This document shows, piece by piece, positions 1-12,243 of a stretch of 64,000 bases of DNA. A program made the position numbers and the translations under genes. Positions within the stretch are counted from its first letter, which is position 1. The number at the start of each line of letters is the position of its first letter. The stretch spans positions 25,358,001 to 25,422,000 of the forward strand of contig OX597827.1 in NCBI GenBank assembly GCA_951406725.2, written 5' to 3'. The notes under the pieces are model-generated. The model saw only the letters and a list, made by a program, of their open reading frames with translations, was not told where the DNA came from and made no database searches. The DNA comes from Octopus vulgaris. Its lineage: Eukaryota.

Positions 1-170
1 TGTCCCTGTAATTAAAAGGGCCAGCCTTGTCACATTCTGTGTCATACTAAATATCCCCGAGAACTACGTTGAGAGTACACGTGTCTGTGGAGAATGTTAT
101 TTTCCTGAGCAGTCTGTTTGATTGGTCAGATCAACTGGAACATACGCAGTCATAAACGAAGGAGCGCCAG
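1..170 (-). mobile_element. SINE/interspersed repeat fragment
   Basis: Reverse complement of 1-90 (ctccacagacacgtgtactctcaacgtagttctcggggatatttagtatgacacagaatgtgacaaggctggccc) matches 44285-44360 on +. Confidence 0.6.
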
Positions 171-373
171 TTATGTTTACTGGCGGGACCCGTAAATATT
201 TCATGGAATTAATGGTAAACTTATTGGGTTATTTCTGGAAACTGTGTTGTGCTTGTATCAAAAGATAGTCGCTCATCTGCTATTCATTGAAAAATGAAGG
301 AAGCTGGAATAAGGTGATTGATTAATGCACTTTATATATACAATTTAGATACTTTATGCACAGTTTTATAGAC

Positions 374-1419
374 TTAGTACACAGCAGCACTCTTCCTATT
401 TCCTATATCCCTGTGCAAACACAATCTGTCTCGCTGGGAATAGCGGAAGATTTGGGGATTCCTTGTTTGAGATATTGCTGGTTGTGGTGTTGTTGTAATA
501 GAGTATGTATTATGGTGGTTGCTGTTGTAGTTTGTGGGGATAGAGCGTTTTGTTCCAGGTAAATGGGTGAATTTGCAGTCTCTATCAGTGCATAATCTAT
601 GGCGAAGAGAATATCGGCAAATGATGGGGTTTCGAGTGGGTATGTAGGTGCGTGTGTGAGTTGTGAGAGGTGTAGATGATAGTTTGTTGAGGTTTTGGCG
701 ACCTTTGTGACCTGTAGGAGGTAAACTCTTTGAGACAGCATTAGTAGTAGTAGTAGTTGTAGTAGTAGTAGTAGGCAGAAGAGATGTTGACAGTGATGAT
801 GATTGAGGAGGTCGATTCCATGAGATAGCGGTAGACAAAGATGTTTGTGGATACATAGTGGGAGTAGTACTAGTAGAAGTAAGCAGAGGAGATGATGTTG
901 ACAGTGATGATGATTGAGCTGCTGGGGCAGTGAAAGGAAGGGGTGGTGCTTCCTGCTGTGTGACCCTGATGACTGGGGGGGGTCAATCGTTTCGTTTAGC
1001 AAATCGGCCATTGTAGATGAATCAAGGAGTGGTTCATACTGTTGTTGTTGCCGCTGAGGTTGTTGCTGCTGAAGTTGTTGTTGTTGTTGTTGCTGTAGCT
1101 GTTGTTGTTGTTGTTGCCGCTGAGTTTGTTGTTGAGGTTGTTGTTGTTGTTGTTGCGCCAGTGATGCATTCAAAAAGAAAACACATCTCAGTTTATCGAA
1201 GTGTTTATTTATTAAGTTAAAAGCAACTTCGATTTGGTTTAATTTATTTTGTATCTACTGTTCAGATCGAGTTTGCAAAAGGTGAACTGTTCGTTTAGCA
1301 ATTTCGTTCAGACACGAAGCACCTATGCTCTCTATTTGGGTAAGGCAATGCCATGTGTTGATAAGAACGTCGATTTCATTATCAGACCAGTTTTTGTTGG
1401 ATTTTTGGTGGCTAGCCAT
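374..1419 (-). pseudogene. Disrupted ORF: Myb/SANT-like N-terminus, polyQ, S/T-rich linker, CCCH zinc finger plus a degenerate second copy; probably a transposon ORF1/gag-like gene
   Basis: ATG at 1419 gives MASHQKSNKNWSDNEIDVLINTWHCL...IAKRTVHLLQTRSEQ*IQNKLNQIE. One TAG (1255-1257), then in frame with the 403-1173 polyQ ORF. A frameshift (probably near the G-run at ~975-982) leads into the 374-856 frame with CRYSLRHRLCTDRDCKFTH (C-x8-C-x4-C-x3-H). Confidence 0.6.
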
Positions 1420-2093
1420 TCTGGTGGATATGTTTTATTAAATTTTATTTTGTTCGTTTGTTTTGTTGATTACTTTTATTTTTTTTAAAAGAAGTATGTA
1501 GAATAGATTGTACAGAATGTTTGCTGTAATACTGAGAAATTTGTATTTGAATTATGAGCTTGCAGTTATTTTATCTTTCTTTTCTTTTCTTTTCTTTTTT
1601 TCGCTCTTTTTCTAATTTTTAATGTGTGGGTGATCCTTTAGTTATCAGAAGGTGTTGACGAAGTGTATATATAAATAAATACTCTCTCATAGGAGTGTGT
1701 GGTTTTGTTTATTTGGTCGTTTGAAATTTATGAAAATAATTTGTAGTTAAAGAAAAGTCTACTCACGAGTTGGGAAAACGCGTGGTTTCAAATATACAGG
1801 AATATATGTGATGGTCAATTTCGATTGTAGCTGTGAAGCTTGCTGCTGATCGGCGCGGAGAGGAGTAAAAACACGTCTTTATACTTCAGCAATCAGTGTG
1901 TATATATGTATGTATGTTTATATGTGGAACTTACACACAAGGTACAGGAAACTTATATGTATACCATTCTGCCTAAATAATGATATGGCAGATGCAATAT
2001 CCCTGCATATCTCACGTCTGTTTTTATTCCTTCACTTCACTCTCTAATTCATATCTTCTCTAGAATAACTATTGCTTAACCATTTTCTCACAC

Positions 2094-2143
2094 TGTCTCC
2101 GATGAAGGGATATATAAATTATCTCAGAAACAGCTGTAAGACA
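2094..2143 (+). ncRNA. Minimal type-I hammerhead ribozyme motif (U4C variant)
   Basis: tgtct-CCGATGA-a gggata..tatctc a-GAAAC-AGCT-GTA-agaca: stem I tgtct/agaca, stem II, palindromic stem III, GUA cleavage triplet. Confidence 0.7.
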
Positions 2144-2363
2144 TTCTCTTTATAAATGTTGTCAAATATTTCACAGCCTTGGATTTTTATCTCATTCTGT
2201 TAATTTTTTTTATATACACACATGCTGATATATGACCTACATTGGACTCCTCATTCGCAAAATCACTGAACCTGGAGCTTAACTGTGGTCTGTCCATATC
2301 ACTTACTCAGCATTACCTGACACCTTTCGGTCTCAATGACACCATTACCTCTCATAACCTCAA

Positions 2364-2406
<43 letters not shown>

Positions 2407-2459
2407 ATGTGTGTGTGTGTGTGTATGTGTATATCTATATATGTATATATACATATATA

Positions 2460-2645
2460 GTGAGAATTTACAAAAAACAAAAACAAAAGCAAAAGACGCA
2501 GACGGGTGTGTAAACAACAAACAGATGTCTTAGTTTAACGCTCGGAAAGTGAGAAAGTCTTTTACGTTTCGAACCTACGCTCTTCAACAGAGACGAACAG
2601 AGAAATAAGCAGAGAGAGAAAATAGAAAATGGTTTAGTGGCTATC
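2460..2645 (-). mobile_element. Short (TA)n-embedded element with HHR-like motif (same family as 53480-53640 and 58250-58425)
   Basis: Minus strand CTGTTGA-a-gagc gtag gttc-GAAAC-GTA-aaaga at ~2558-2595. Flanks resemble the two other copies; (TA)n or (TATC)n on both sides. Confidence 0.6.
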
Positions 2646-2655
2646 TATCTATCAT

Positions 2656-2736
<81 letters not shown>

Positions 2737-2826
2737 ATATGTATACATACATACATACATATATATATATCTATATATATATAAATAAATAAATAAATAA
2801 ATAAATATATATATATATACACACAC

Positions 2827-2901
<75 letters not shown>

Positions 2902-4261
2902 AAGGTTGACAGTTACTTGGTTGTTTTGAAGTAGACGCCATCACCAGCAGTGATGGTAATCTCATACTTCGAAATCACTGGCAACATTTTCCTTGTGGAA
3001 GTTAATCGATATGTACTCTACGGAAAAAATATTGAGTAATCCTACAGTTTAATGCTGAAGTGAATTGTTTTTATCTGTAACTGCACATAAAACAAACATT
3101 AATATATATGTATGTATATATGTATATGAAAAGAGAGAGTCAGTGAGAGAGTGTGAGAGAATGTGAGAGAAAGAGAGTGCGTACGTAGTTATTCAAACAG
3201 CCAATATACCAATTCCTTGCTTCGCTCTTCCATTCAAAACGAAAATATCGATAAATGTTAACCAAGAAAGTGTTCCATCTTCAAATAAAATATAAAACGA
3301 ATCGCTTCAAATAAAGGGAAATGTGTACAGCAGAACGGATGGAGGAGGGGAAATGGTGTTTGAAGTTTTTCAGGAAGGGACAGGAAGTTGAAGATATTTC
3401 GTGCTGCTGCCATTAAAGTTAAAAGCAGAAGAAAATCCTTACCGGAAGTAGTAAAATTAGTGCCTGTTGATGGTGTCTTTGTTTAACGCATACAACAGAC
3501 GTGTTTTTGTAGATTCTTGTATTTGAAGATTTTCAATTCACCATTCTGGGGACTATTTTGGAGTGGTATTTCCTATTTGATGTTTCAACTAGATTAATAA
3601 CAGCACCAGCAGCAACAACAGAAGCACTATCACCAGCAACAGTATTATTATTAGTAGTAGCAGCAGCAGCATCAATTTTGTAGTTATATCTAAGACAGGC
3701 AACTACGATTAACCATCATAGTAACTTGGAACTATTTCCTTTACTGAAATTTTACCGATCCAACATCGCATCCTTACTCTAATATTGTGCTTCCGAACAG
3801 CAGTGAACATACATAAATACATACATACATGCTGACACACACATGTATATAACATGCATGTGTGGACATACATATACATGTTTATGTTTATGGATAGAGA
3901 GATAATATATATATATATATACATATATATATACATATATATATATGTGTGTGTGTGTGCGTGTGTGTGTGTGTGTGTGTACAAACACCCACCCCACACA
4001 CAAACACCCCACGCATATATAGACAAACGGTTAAGCAAATAAGTGCAAAACGTGAACAAATAATACTCAAATACCAAAGGTAGAGTAAATTTCTACTTTA
4101 GTAACGTCGGAATAAATATGACAAACTCTTACTCAGAGTTTCTTTTAACAGTTGACCTGTCTGTCGTGATAATATACAATACTCTGAAGAATGATTACGT
4201 GAAACCCTGTGTAACAGGTTGTGAAATATTTTGGCTTTAATAAAATAATATATATATATTA

Positions 4262-4310
<49 letters not shown>

Positions 4311-4312
<2 letters not shown>

Positions 4313-5228
4313 CGTTTACATTCTTGTCTTCTACCAAGAAATCTAATGCTTACAGCTTAGTTTTTTTCTTGGGGCTGGCCGAGTTGGAGCAAATATCAGA
4401 ATTGAACAGCCGAAATTTGCTATGATGATTCGGTGTCTGACTGAAGATTGAAGGCTTCGAATGATTTGTCTGTGTTCCGTGTTCGTCCCTTCCTGTATTT
4501 CACGTTCTTTATATATAAAAACATTTATTCTTATATTATTGCGGCGTTACGTGCATCCCCCCGTTTGTTTATCCAATTTTAAACCCTGCACGACTTCTAT
4601 ATACTTTCTCTTTCCTACCCGCCATTGCTTCTTTACCAAACTATTTTGGCGCCCTCCGATTCTTCCCCCTCTTCCTCCCATCCTCCTCAATCCCTTCTTT
4701 CTCCTTTTCTCTTGGTCACTGATTCTGTCCCCTGCCTCCCACCCTCTTTGATTCCCTCTCTCTCTGTCTCTCTTTCTCTCTCTCTCCTGCAACCTGCTGC
4801 TTCTTAACCATTCTGTTGGCGATCGTATCTCGACCAACATGTGTCCCCTCTACCGAAAAGGTAATTATTTCTACGCCAGCTGCTATGTTGTTGTTGTTTT
4901 TGTCTCATTTGGTCTAAAGTCGTAAGACAACCACCGTTATATTTTGTTAATCCATTACTGTTTTCAATTTCGTTTTCGTCTCTTGTATTTACATCCGTCT
5001 CTTGCGTTTACATTCTTGTCTTCTACCAAGAAATCTAATGCTTACAGCTTAGTTTTTTTCTTGGGGCTGGCCGAGTTGGAGCAAATATCAGAATTGAACA
5101 GCCGAAATTTGCTATGATGATTCGGTGTCTGACTGAAGATTGAAGGCTTCGAATGATTTGTCTGTGTTCCGTGTTCGTCCCTTCCTGTATTTCACGTTCT
5201 TTATATATAAAAACATTTATTCTTATAT
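4311..5228. mobile_element. Non-coding element with 226-bp identical direct terminal repeats (4311-4536 = 5003-5228) in (TA)n
   Basis: Repeats identical by eye, period 692 bp, (TA)n on both outer sides, no coding capacity inside. Confidence 0.75.
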
Positions 5229-5414
5229 ATATATATACATACACACATAAACTTTATTATGGAAAAAAGGACATTTTTACATTTTTAACTAGAGCATTTT
5301 TAACGGTTTCGATTATTTAAGTAGACTATCTAGTCATGCTGAATTAAATTGGAAATTAATGTTTCACTGATGCAGATGCTGTTCACTCTCGGGGAAGACC
5401 CCTAAAAGAGAGAG

Positions 5415-5735
5415 CAAACATCCGCCAAGGCAACACCAACGTCCTCTCAACGATTACCCAGAAATAAATTTTTAAATGAGAATCTCTGAAATAAACTCAA
5501 TATGAGAATAATAAAAAATAAACCCGATCGCTCACAAAAATTAAGCAAAAAAGCAGGTAAAATAATCCAGAATCCTTGTCCGGCACCGGGTCGATCCCAT
5601 AATGTAACCAGTTTGTGCCAGTCACGAGGCTAAACATCTCTGAAAGTTTCATCCGAATCCATGCTGCGGTTCTTGAGATATCTTGTCCACGGACAAACAA
5701 ACACAACTGAAAACAATACTTCCATCTTCGCTAAG
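5415..5735 (+). mobile_element. Probable non-autonomous Helitron/Helentron (HINE/DINE-like) element
   Basis: aagtttcatccgaatccatg...gagatatcttgtccacggacaaacaaacac...gaaaacaatacttccatcttcgctaag resembles the HINE core, short tandem repeat and end; recognised by resemblance only. Confidence 0.4.
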
Positions 5736-6515
5736 ATAGCCTGCGCTCACGAGGTTCACATGGTCTGCTATGACAAATGTTAGACGCTAGAGACAGTTTG
5801 CCCTTAAGGCGCTCATATCATTCAAAATCTGTATATTCCACGTGTCAACGGTGAACTACAAGTTACGTTCATTCGTTTTCGACCACCATGTTCAATGTAC
5901 TCGTAAATATATGCTTTTCCTAAGAACTGAGCAGAGAAGGCTATTTCACGCTCACGATTTCTGGGACCTTTCTTGGCTGGTCAAATTGCATGGATACTAT
6001 ATAAGAATACTTCTTCACACGCTGGTCTACCAGTGGCAGTACATAATCACACATGACAATGTTCGATACACTGAGTTATTCGATTGTGAAGAGTGACGAA
6101 TATAAATCAATATAAAGTCTCACCATTTTCTAATCTACATCCATTGCCATTTTCTCTAATAAACATACTTATACCCACACACAAATGTGCATAGTAGTAT
6201 ATATATATATTTACTTATTATATTATATTTAACTTTTTTACACTTTTTGGTTAGTTAAAAAAATTAAAAAATTAAAAAATATAAAAATTTAAAAATTAAA
6301 AATTTTAATAATTTAAATATAAATTTTTTTTATATATATATTATATATTATATTAATTATATTTATTTTTTGTTTTTATGTTTTGGTTTATGTCTATCAC
6401 TGTTTGAGTTGCCTTAAAGTGGTTTTATCTCTAATTTAATTTTTATATATATATATGTATACACCCATATATATATGCATATAAATACAAATAAATGTAA
6501 ATCCATATATATTCC

Positions 6516-6675
6516 GGTGCAGACGTGGCTGTGCGGTAAGAAGCTTGCTTCTCAACCACATGGTTCCGGGTTCTGTCCCTCTGCGAGGCATTTTGGTCAA
6601 GTGTCTTCTACTCTAGTCTCGGGCCGACCAGAGACTTGTGAGATTTGATTGACGAAAGCTGAAAGAAACCTGTCG

Positions 6676-6676
<1 letters not shown>
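6516..6676 (+). mobile_element. tRNA-derived SINE, family A, 5' part
   Basis: A/B-box-like tggctgtgcggtaag...ggttccgggttc; homologous to 25728-25890, 46222-46626, 51312-51710 and 53285-53820. Confidence 0.8.

Positions 6677-6751
<75 letters not shown>
6677..6751 (+). repeat. (TATC)n microsatellite, 5' flank of the Tx1 insertion
   Basis: Direct inspection. Confidence 0.95.
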
Positions 6752-6754
6752 CCT

Positions 6755-9700
6755 GGATGTAAATGCCTCAGGGACCTGCTCAGACGCTTTCAACTGTCTG
6801 ACAGGTACCGACTAGACCACCCGAATGCGCCAACGTGGACATGGAGCAACCGCATCGGGTCGTCGAGATCGTATCTAGATAGGATACTGTGTAGGACAGT
6901 AGATAGAGATAGCGTAGGATGTCCACAATTCTACATAGTCAGCTACACGGATCACAAACTTGTGACATGTACGCTAGACTTAGGTAAGACACATAGGCAG
7001 GGTACCGGATACTGGAAACTAAACGCGTCTTTCCCATCCAGACAGGTTTTCAGAGACCGGATTAAGCACGCTAGTAAATGGTGGTTTGCCCTCAAGAGAG
7101 CAGTAAAAGCAGAAGCGATTTGGTACAGCAAAGCACTAGTCATAGATAGATACAGAGTAGAGGGTGAGCTAGTTAAGAAGCTAGAAGAGGCAATTAGAAG
7201 CGGCATCGCATCCGACGTTTTGGCGGCGAGGTTGGCCCTCGACCAACACTTCAATGCCAAACACGAAGGGTGTGTTGTCAGAGCTAGGATGCGTGCTCTA
7301 ATGAACGAAGGTGTTGGAACCGCGAGAGAGGCCCGGGTTGCAGAGGCGCAACAGAGCAACAAAGCCACCATTCGGTCTCTGGTAGATGAACAGGGGCGCT
7401 AATTGCTCGAGCCAAGTAAAATGTGTGAGGCCTTTCAACAGCATTTTGCCCGACTGTTCGGGACGAGTGGCGGCAAGAACGTAGGGTGGACTTCAGTGCC
7501 TATTTACACAGCCTACCACGACTCTCGACAAGAGAGGCAGGGCGCTGCGAAGGTGCCATCACGGCTGCAGGACGCGATCGCAGAATGCTCGAGGGACAAA
7601 TCGCCGGGTTTGGATGGTCTGCCCTACGAGCTTTACAGTTGTATGCCAGACTTGTTTGGAGACGTCTTGGGTGCGGTGTACTGCAACTGACAGCAAAACT
7701 GGAGCATTCCTGGTTTTGTGAGCCGAGAAGCCGTAACACTGCTGAAGAAAGATCTAAACAAGGGGAATGTAATAGATAACTTTAGGCCCATCACTTTGCT
7801 TAATGCAGACTTGAAAATGTTGGCCAAGGTGTTAGCCAAGAGGTTGGCGCTTGTCATCGAGAAACTGGTCGACAAGGCGCAAACGTGCGCCGTGCCGGAC
7901 CGGAGCATCCATGGCAATCTCCACCCCACCTGATGCGCTACATCATAGACAGGGTAGTTAAGGAACCTGGCATGGGTGAGGCGCTGATCAATTTGGATCA
8001 ATCGAAAGTTTTCGATAGGGTAGACCATCGATACTTGGAGGCTGTCCTCAGAGCGGCTGGTTTCGATCCCGTCTTCCGCGGCTGGATAGCCGCTTTGTAC
8101 ACAGGCATCCGTTCGGTAATTCACGTAAATGGACATCTATCGAGACCTTTCGACATCGCACGTTCGGTCCGTCAGGGATGCCCCCTCTCATCGCTTCTCT
8201 ACGTATTGACTCTCGAGCCACTACTGCGGAAGCTGGCAACTCTGAGGGGCATCCCGCGAGTATTGGGATGCGGGAGAGCGTGTCTGCATACGCGGACGAC
8301 GTCACCATCATAGTGTCTAGCCACGAGCAAATCGAGCAGGTCGGCGAGACACTGAAAGACTACGAAGCGGTGACAGAAGCGAAAATCAACCGGAAAAAAT
8401 CAGTGGGCTTGCGACTCGGCATTTGGAGAAGAAAGCCGTTGCCGTCCACCAGCACGTCCGTCGTGGGATGCTGGACCGACGGTCCGGTCGAGTTGCTGGG
8501 GGTCTGGATTGGTCCGGATCTCCAAATGGAGAAGAACTGGAACAAGATAACGAGTAGGGTGGTCATTCTCGCCCGGCAATGGGCCGAGAGGAAACTGTCC
8601 CTAAAAGGTCGGGTGGAGGTGACGAACTCGTACATCGCGTCCGTCATCTACTACCGCCTGACCGTCGTGCCTTGTCCCGACCCTACCATCACCAAACTAG
8701 AACGTATTCTCTTTCGCTTCTTGTGGAAAGGATGCGTCCCGATGGTTAGGCGATCCATTTGCAGTCAACACCCGTTAAAAGGAGGATTGGGCATGCCGTG
8801 GTTGATGATGCGCAGACACACGCTGAGACTGCGACATCTCAGGCTCTACGTAGACGACGGTGAACAGGTGTGGTCGCCGTTTGTGAGGCACGCTTTCCTG
8901 CAACTCATCTCCATGACCGAACTGCAGTCGTAGATCAAAAAGAGGCTGAGGAAGGGCGAATGGCACCGCGAGTGTCGCGTTGCTCTCAAGCAACTATGCC
9001 GTCCCGGGTCGATCTTGAGTGACTTCAACACAACCCAAGCATTCTCTAGGGGATTAGTGGAGGGGAGGTTCGACGACGAGCTCGGGGCGAATCTGGACGT
9101 CGACGAGGAATAGCTGACCCGCCCGTTCAGGACAACTTTCGGGCCAGGGCCCATGAACAACTTCCAGAGATCCCTGGCCTGGCAGTGCTACCGAGAAGCG
9201 CTACCCGTTCGGGATAAGCTCTACAGACACGGCTCGAGAAACACCAGGCCGACCTGCCCGAGATGCGGTCAGAGCGACGAAACCATTCTGCACGCACTCG
9301 TGCAGTGTCCAACAATCTCCGACCTGTGGGCTTATGTCGAACAACTGCTGTCACGTGTGGGACGAGTCGGTTTATCAGCCGAGTCTATCGTCAATATTGT
9401 CACGCCTCCTTCCTTCAAACGGGAAGGAAGAGCTATTTTCATCATCCTTGTGGCTATGGCGACAGAATGTATCTGGTGGACGCGTCTGAAAGGATTGGAG
9501 ACAAACACTTTCCTCTCTGCTTAATCTCCCATCAACTTCTTCAAGTATCACTTGAAAAGGAAAGTGAGAGTAGAGAGGCAAGTTTTGTCTAGCGAATGTT
9601 TTAAAAAAAGATGGGTGCATGTAGCAAGGATGGTACGTATGAATGACGAAGCCACCTTGGGCATAATTCTATGAACCCGGAAATTTAAAACAAAGGGTTA

Positions 9701-10025
9701 CCTACTTGCAAACAAATGTGGTAACGTAACAATATTGACCGAGGTTACCGTGGTCTTTTCCGTAGGCTTTTCTTCCCACGGATAAACCTTATCTGCTTCC
9801 CCCTTTACATCTTACATCACGACACTGTGATACACGATCCCTATTGATCGTTATTTTCTTTTTTCTTTTGTTTCTTTTCCCCTTTTTTCTTTTATTTCTT
9901 CTTTCCCTTTTACGATCCTTTTTGATCGAAAACCTACCGCACCTTTTTTTCCCCCCCAAAAAAGAAAAGCTCTACATTGTAATCTGTCTCGTCTGTGTGC
10001 AGCCCTATGTGGCTAATAAAGAAAC
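6755..10025 (+). mobile_element. 5'-truncated Tx1/L1-clade LINE, degraded ORF2 (end of APE, RT, zf-RVT) plus pyrimidine-rich 3' UTR
   Basis: Motifs GYWKLN, KSPGLDGLPYELY, NFRPITLLNADLK, DQSKVFDRVDH, SVRQGCPLS, AYADD and CPRCGQSDETILHALVQC, with several stops and frameshifts. Ends aataaagaaac followed by (TATC)n. Confidence 0.95.
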
Positions 10026-10079
10026 ATATCTATCTATCTATCTATCTATCTTATTTCTTTATTGCCCATAGAGGGGACA

Positions 10080-10260
10080 GACAAACGGATTAAGTCAATT
10101 TTATCGACCCCAGTGCGAAACTGGTACTTATTTAACCGACCCTGAAAGGAAGAAAGGCAAATCGACCTTGGCGGAATTTGAACCCAGAACGAAGCGACAG
10201 ACGAAATACTGCAAAGCATTTCGCCCGGCGTGCTAACGTTTCTGCGATCTCGCCGCCTTC
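10080..10260 (-). mobile_element. tRNA-derived SINE, family B (aaggcggcgagctggcagaaacgttagcac...)
   Basis: Homologous to 52787-53000 and to copies at ~19980, 28150, 33020, 44645, 45895, 48500-49060 and 52250. Confidence 0.85.
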
Positions 10261-10329
10261 AATTCGCATCAGTTTACGCGGATAGGCGCGCTCTTCATCG
10301 ACGGACGAGCCGAGTGATCCCCGTCCAGG

Positions 10330-10371
<42 letters not shown>

Positions 10372-10372
10372 A

Positions 10373-10429
<57 letters not shown>

Positions 10430-10431
<2 letters not shown>

Positions 10432-11115
10432 TCAGCTCTTTATATATGTCTTCAAGTAATAAAGTTAATGACTAGTCACAGACTGACCAATGGTTTCGCA
10501 TTCACGAAAGCTATAGCTTCGCGGACGTGTCATCATACTTTAGTCCAGGAACAAATCTAACTCTTCACCTTTGAGAGGCATAAATCTATTACAGCCAATG
10601 GCCATTTGGTCGTTAAAGGAAAAATAATTCTGGCGTTAGTGAGGACGGGTCATCTCCCTCAAACTAGCTATCTGTGGGCCGGGAGAGGGTAACAAGGAAT
10701 TTATCCCTTGGGCTGCTTTTGGGTCGTAAGGACTTTTTCGGTGTTAGTCAGCGAATGGAGATTGCCATGGTTGCAGCAGGTAGCGCTTGAAATGGATGCA
10801 TAGTGTGAAAATTTCTTGGCAAGCATTTAGCAGCCCAGGTTTCTGTGAGTCTTTCAATATCCTAGCTCACTCGGCTCTGCAAAGCTTGCAGCGTACGCTC
10901 CCGTTGATGTAGGGTGCCGGCCTGTCTAAGATCTTCCACTTGATATCGTACGAGGTCCCTTCATCTTTGAGATGCCACACACGACACGTCAGGAATGTGA
11001 CGAATCGTCTTTCCAGGGCCGCGAAGGGGGACCTGTGGTTGTACAAGCGTCACTTGAACGCTATCCTCGCTGACCCGATGTTTTTCCAAGCTTGGAATTC
11101 TGCATTAGATGTTCC
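10430..11115 (-). mobile_element. Penelope-like element 3' fragment: GIY-YIG endonuclease C-terminus plus 3' region with degenerate HHR
   Basis: Minus translation IGSARIAFK*RLYNHRSPF...VWHLKDEGTSYDIKWKILDRPAPYINGSVRCKLCRAE*...LLNACQEIFTLCIH. Same-strand HHR-like motif at 10481-10546: ATGATGA, long stem II, GAAAC CATTG GTC agtc. Confidence 0.8.
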
Positions 11116-11214
11116 AAGTGCTTAAATACAACGGATCACCATTATATTATAGAAAACTGAAGTCTCTCTCTATATATACATATAAACGTATAAATGTATA
11201 TATATATATGTGTT

Positions 11215-11246
<32 letters not shown>

Positions 11247-11251
11247 GTTGT

Positions 11252-11296
11252 ATTCAAAGCAATGATTAGTAACTTACGAAACCGGTATGCTTGAAT
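11252..11296 (+). ncRNA. Minimal hammerhead ribozyme, A3-U8 core variant
   Basis: attcaaagca-ATGATTA-gta act tac-GAAAC-CG-GTA-tgcttgaat; 9-bp stem I with one bulge; begins just after (TA)n. Confidence 0.7.
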
Positions 11297-11486
11297 CTCT
11301 TTAATAATTTCATTATAATGACTTTTATTACTTTTATTCCTACCTCAGTTCATCTAATTGTATATATCTTTCGTTACTTTGCATAAAAAGCCTTTATTTC
11401 TTTTGATTTACAATCTGCATTTTCGTCTATTTTTCTTACTTTCTCCTTACATTACAACGTGTAGTTTCTATTTTGTAACATAATTC

Positions 11487-11522
<36 letters not shown>

Positions 11523-11545
11523 ATTATATATATATATACACATAC

Positions 11546-11586
<41 letters not shown>

Positions 11587-12163
11587 GGATAGATAGATAG
11601 ACAGATAGAGTGAGAGCGAGAGAGAGAGAGAGAGTGGAGAGAGAGAGGGGAGAGAGAGAGTGATTCGAGTGTGCATGTTGTTAGGAGTGTAAATATGAGT
11701 ATATATACAAGATATGAATAAAGCAGAGTGACTGGGTCAAAAATTAGAGAAGAATATATCTATGTAAGAATGTAGATACATAGAACATAGACTTCATATA
11801 GATACAATACAATATTGGCTCTTGATTGAAAACTTTATAAATACGAGACCACATGGAGATATTGAATCTGTGTTGAGTTTTCTCTAGATAAATAATATTT
11901 TTAATACTGTCTCCACGTATCGAGCTGTTTAAGTAGGTTTCTACCCTGGGATGTGGTCTCTACATTCAGACCTATATAGATATGATATATGATATTACAT
12001 CCGCATACAGTTTTATATAATTGTAATACTGATACTGTGTTTACCTGAAGTTCTATATAATAAATATAATATTAAATTCGGATAAGGTGGCTGCGTCTAA
12101 ATCTATATCTGTATGGTAGAACTTGTATCTATTTATAGAGCTAAATAGATTATACATAGATGC

Positions 12164-12243
<80 letters not shown>

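Noticed and set aside
4180-4220. CTGAAGA..GAAAC HHR-like string
   Set aside because: Weak stem II and no stem I.
7500-9620. Antisense and alternative-frame ORFs over the Tx1 element
   Set aside because: Shadow ORFs of GC-rich LINE coding sequence.
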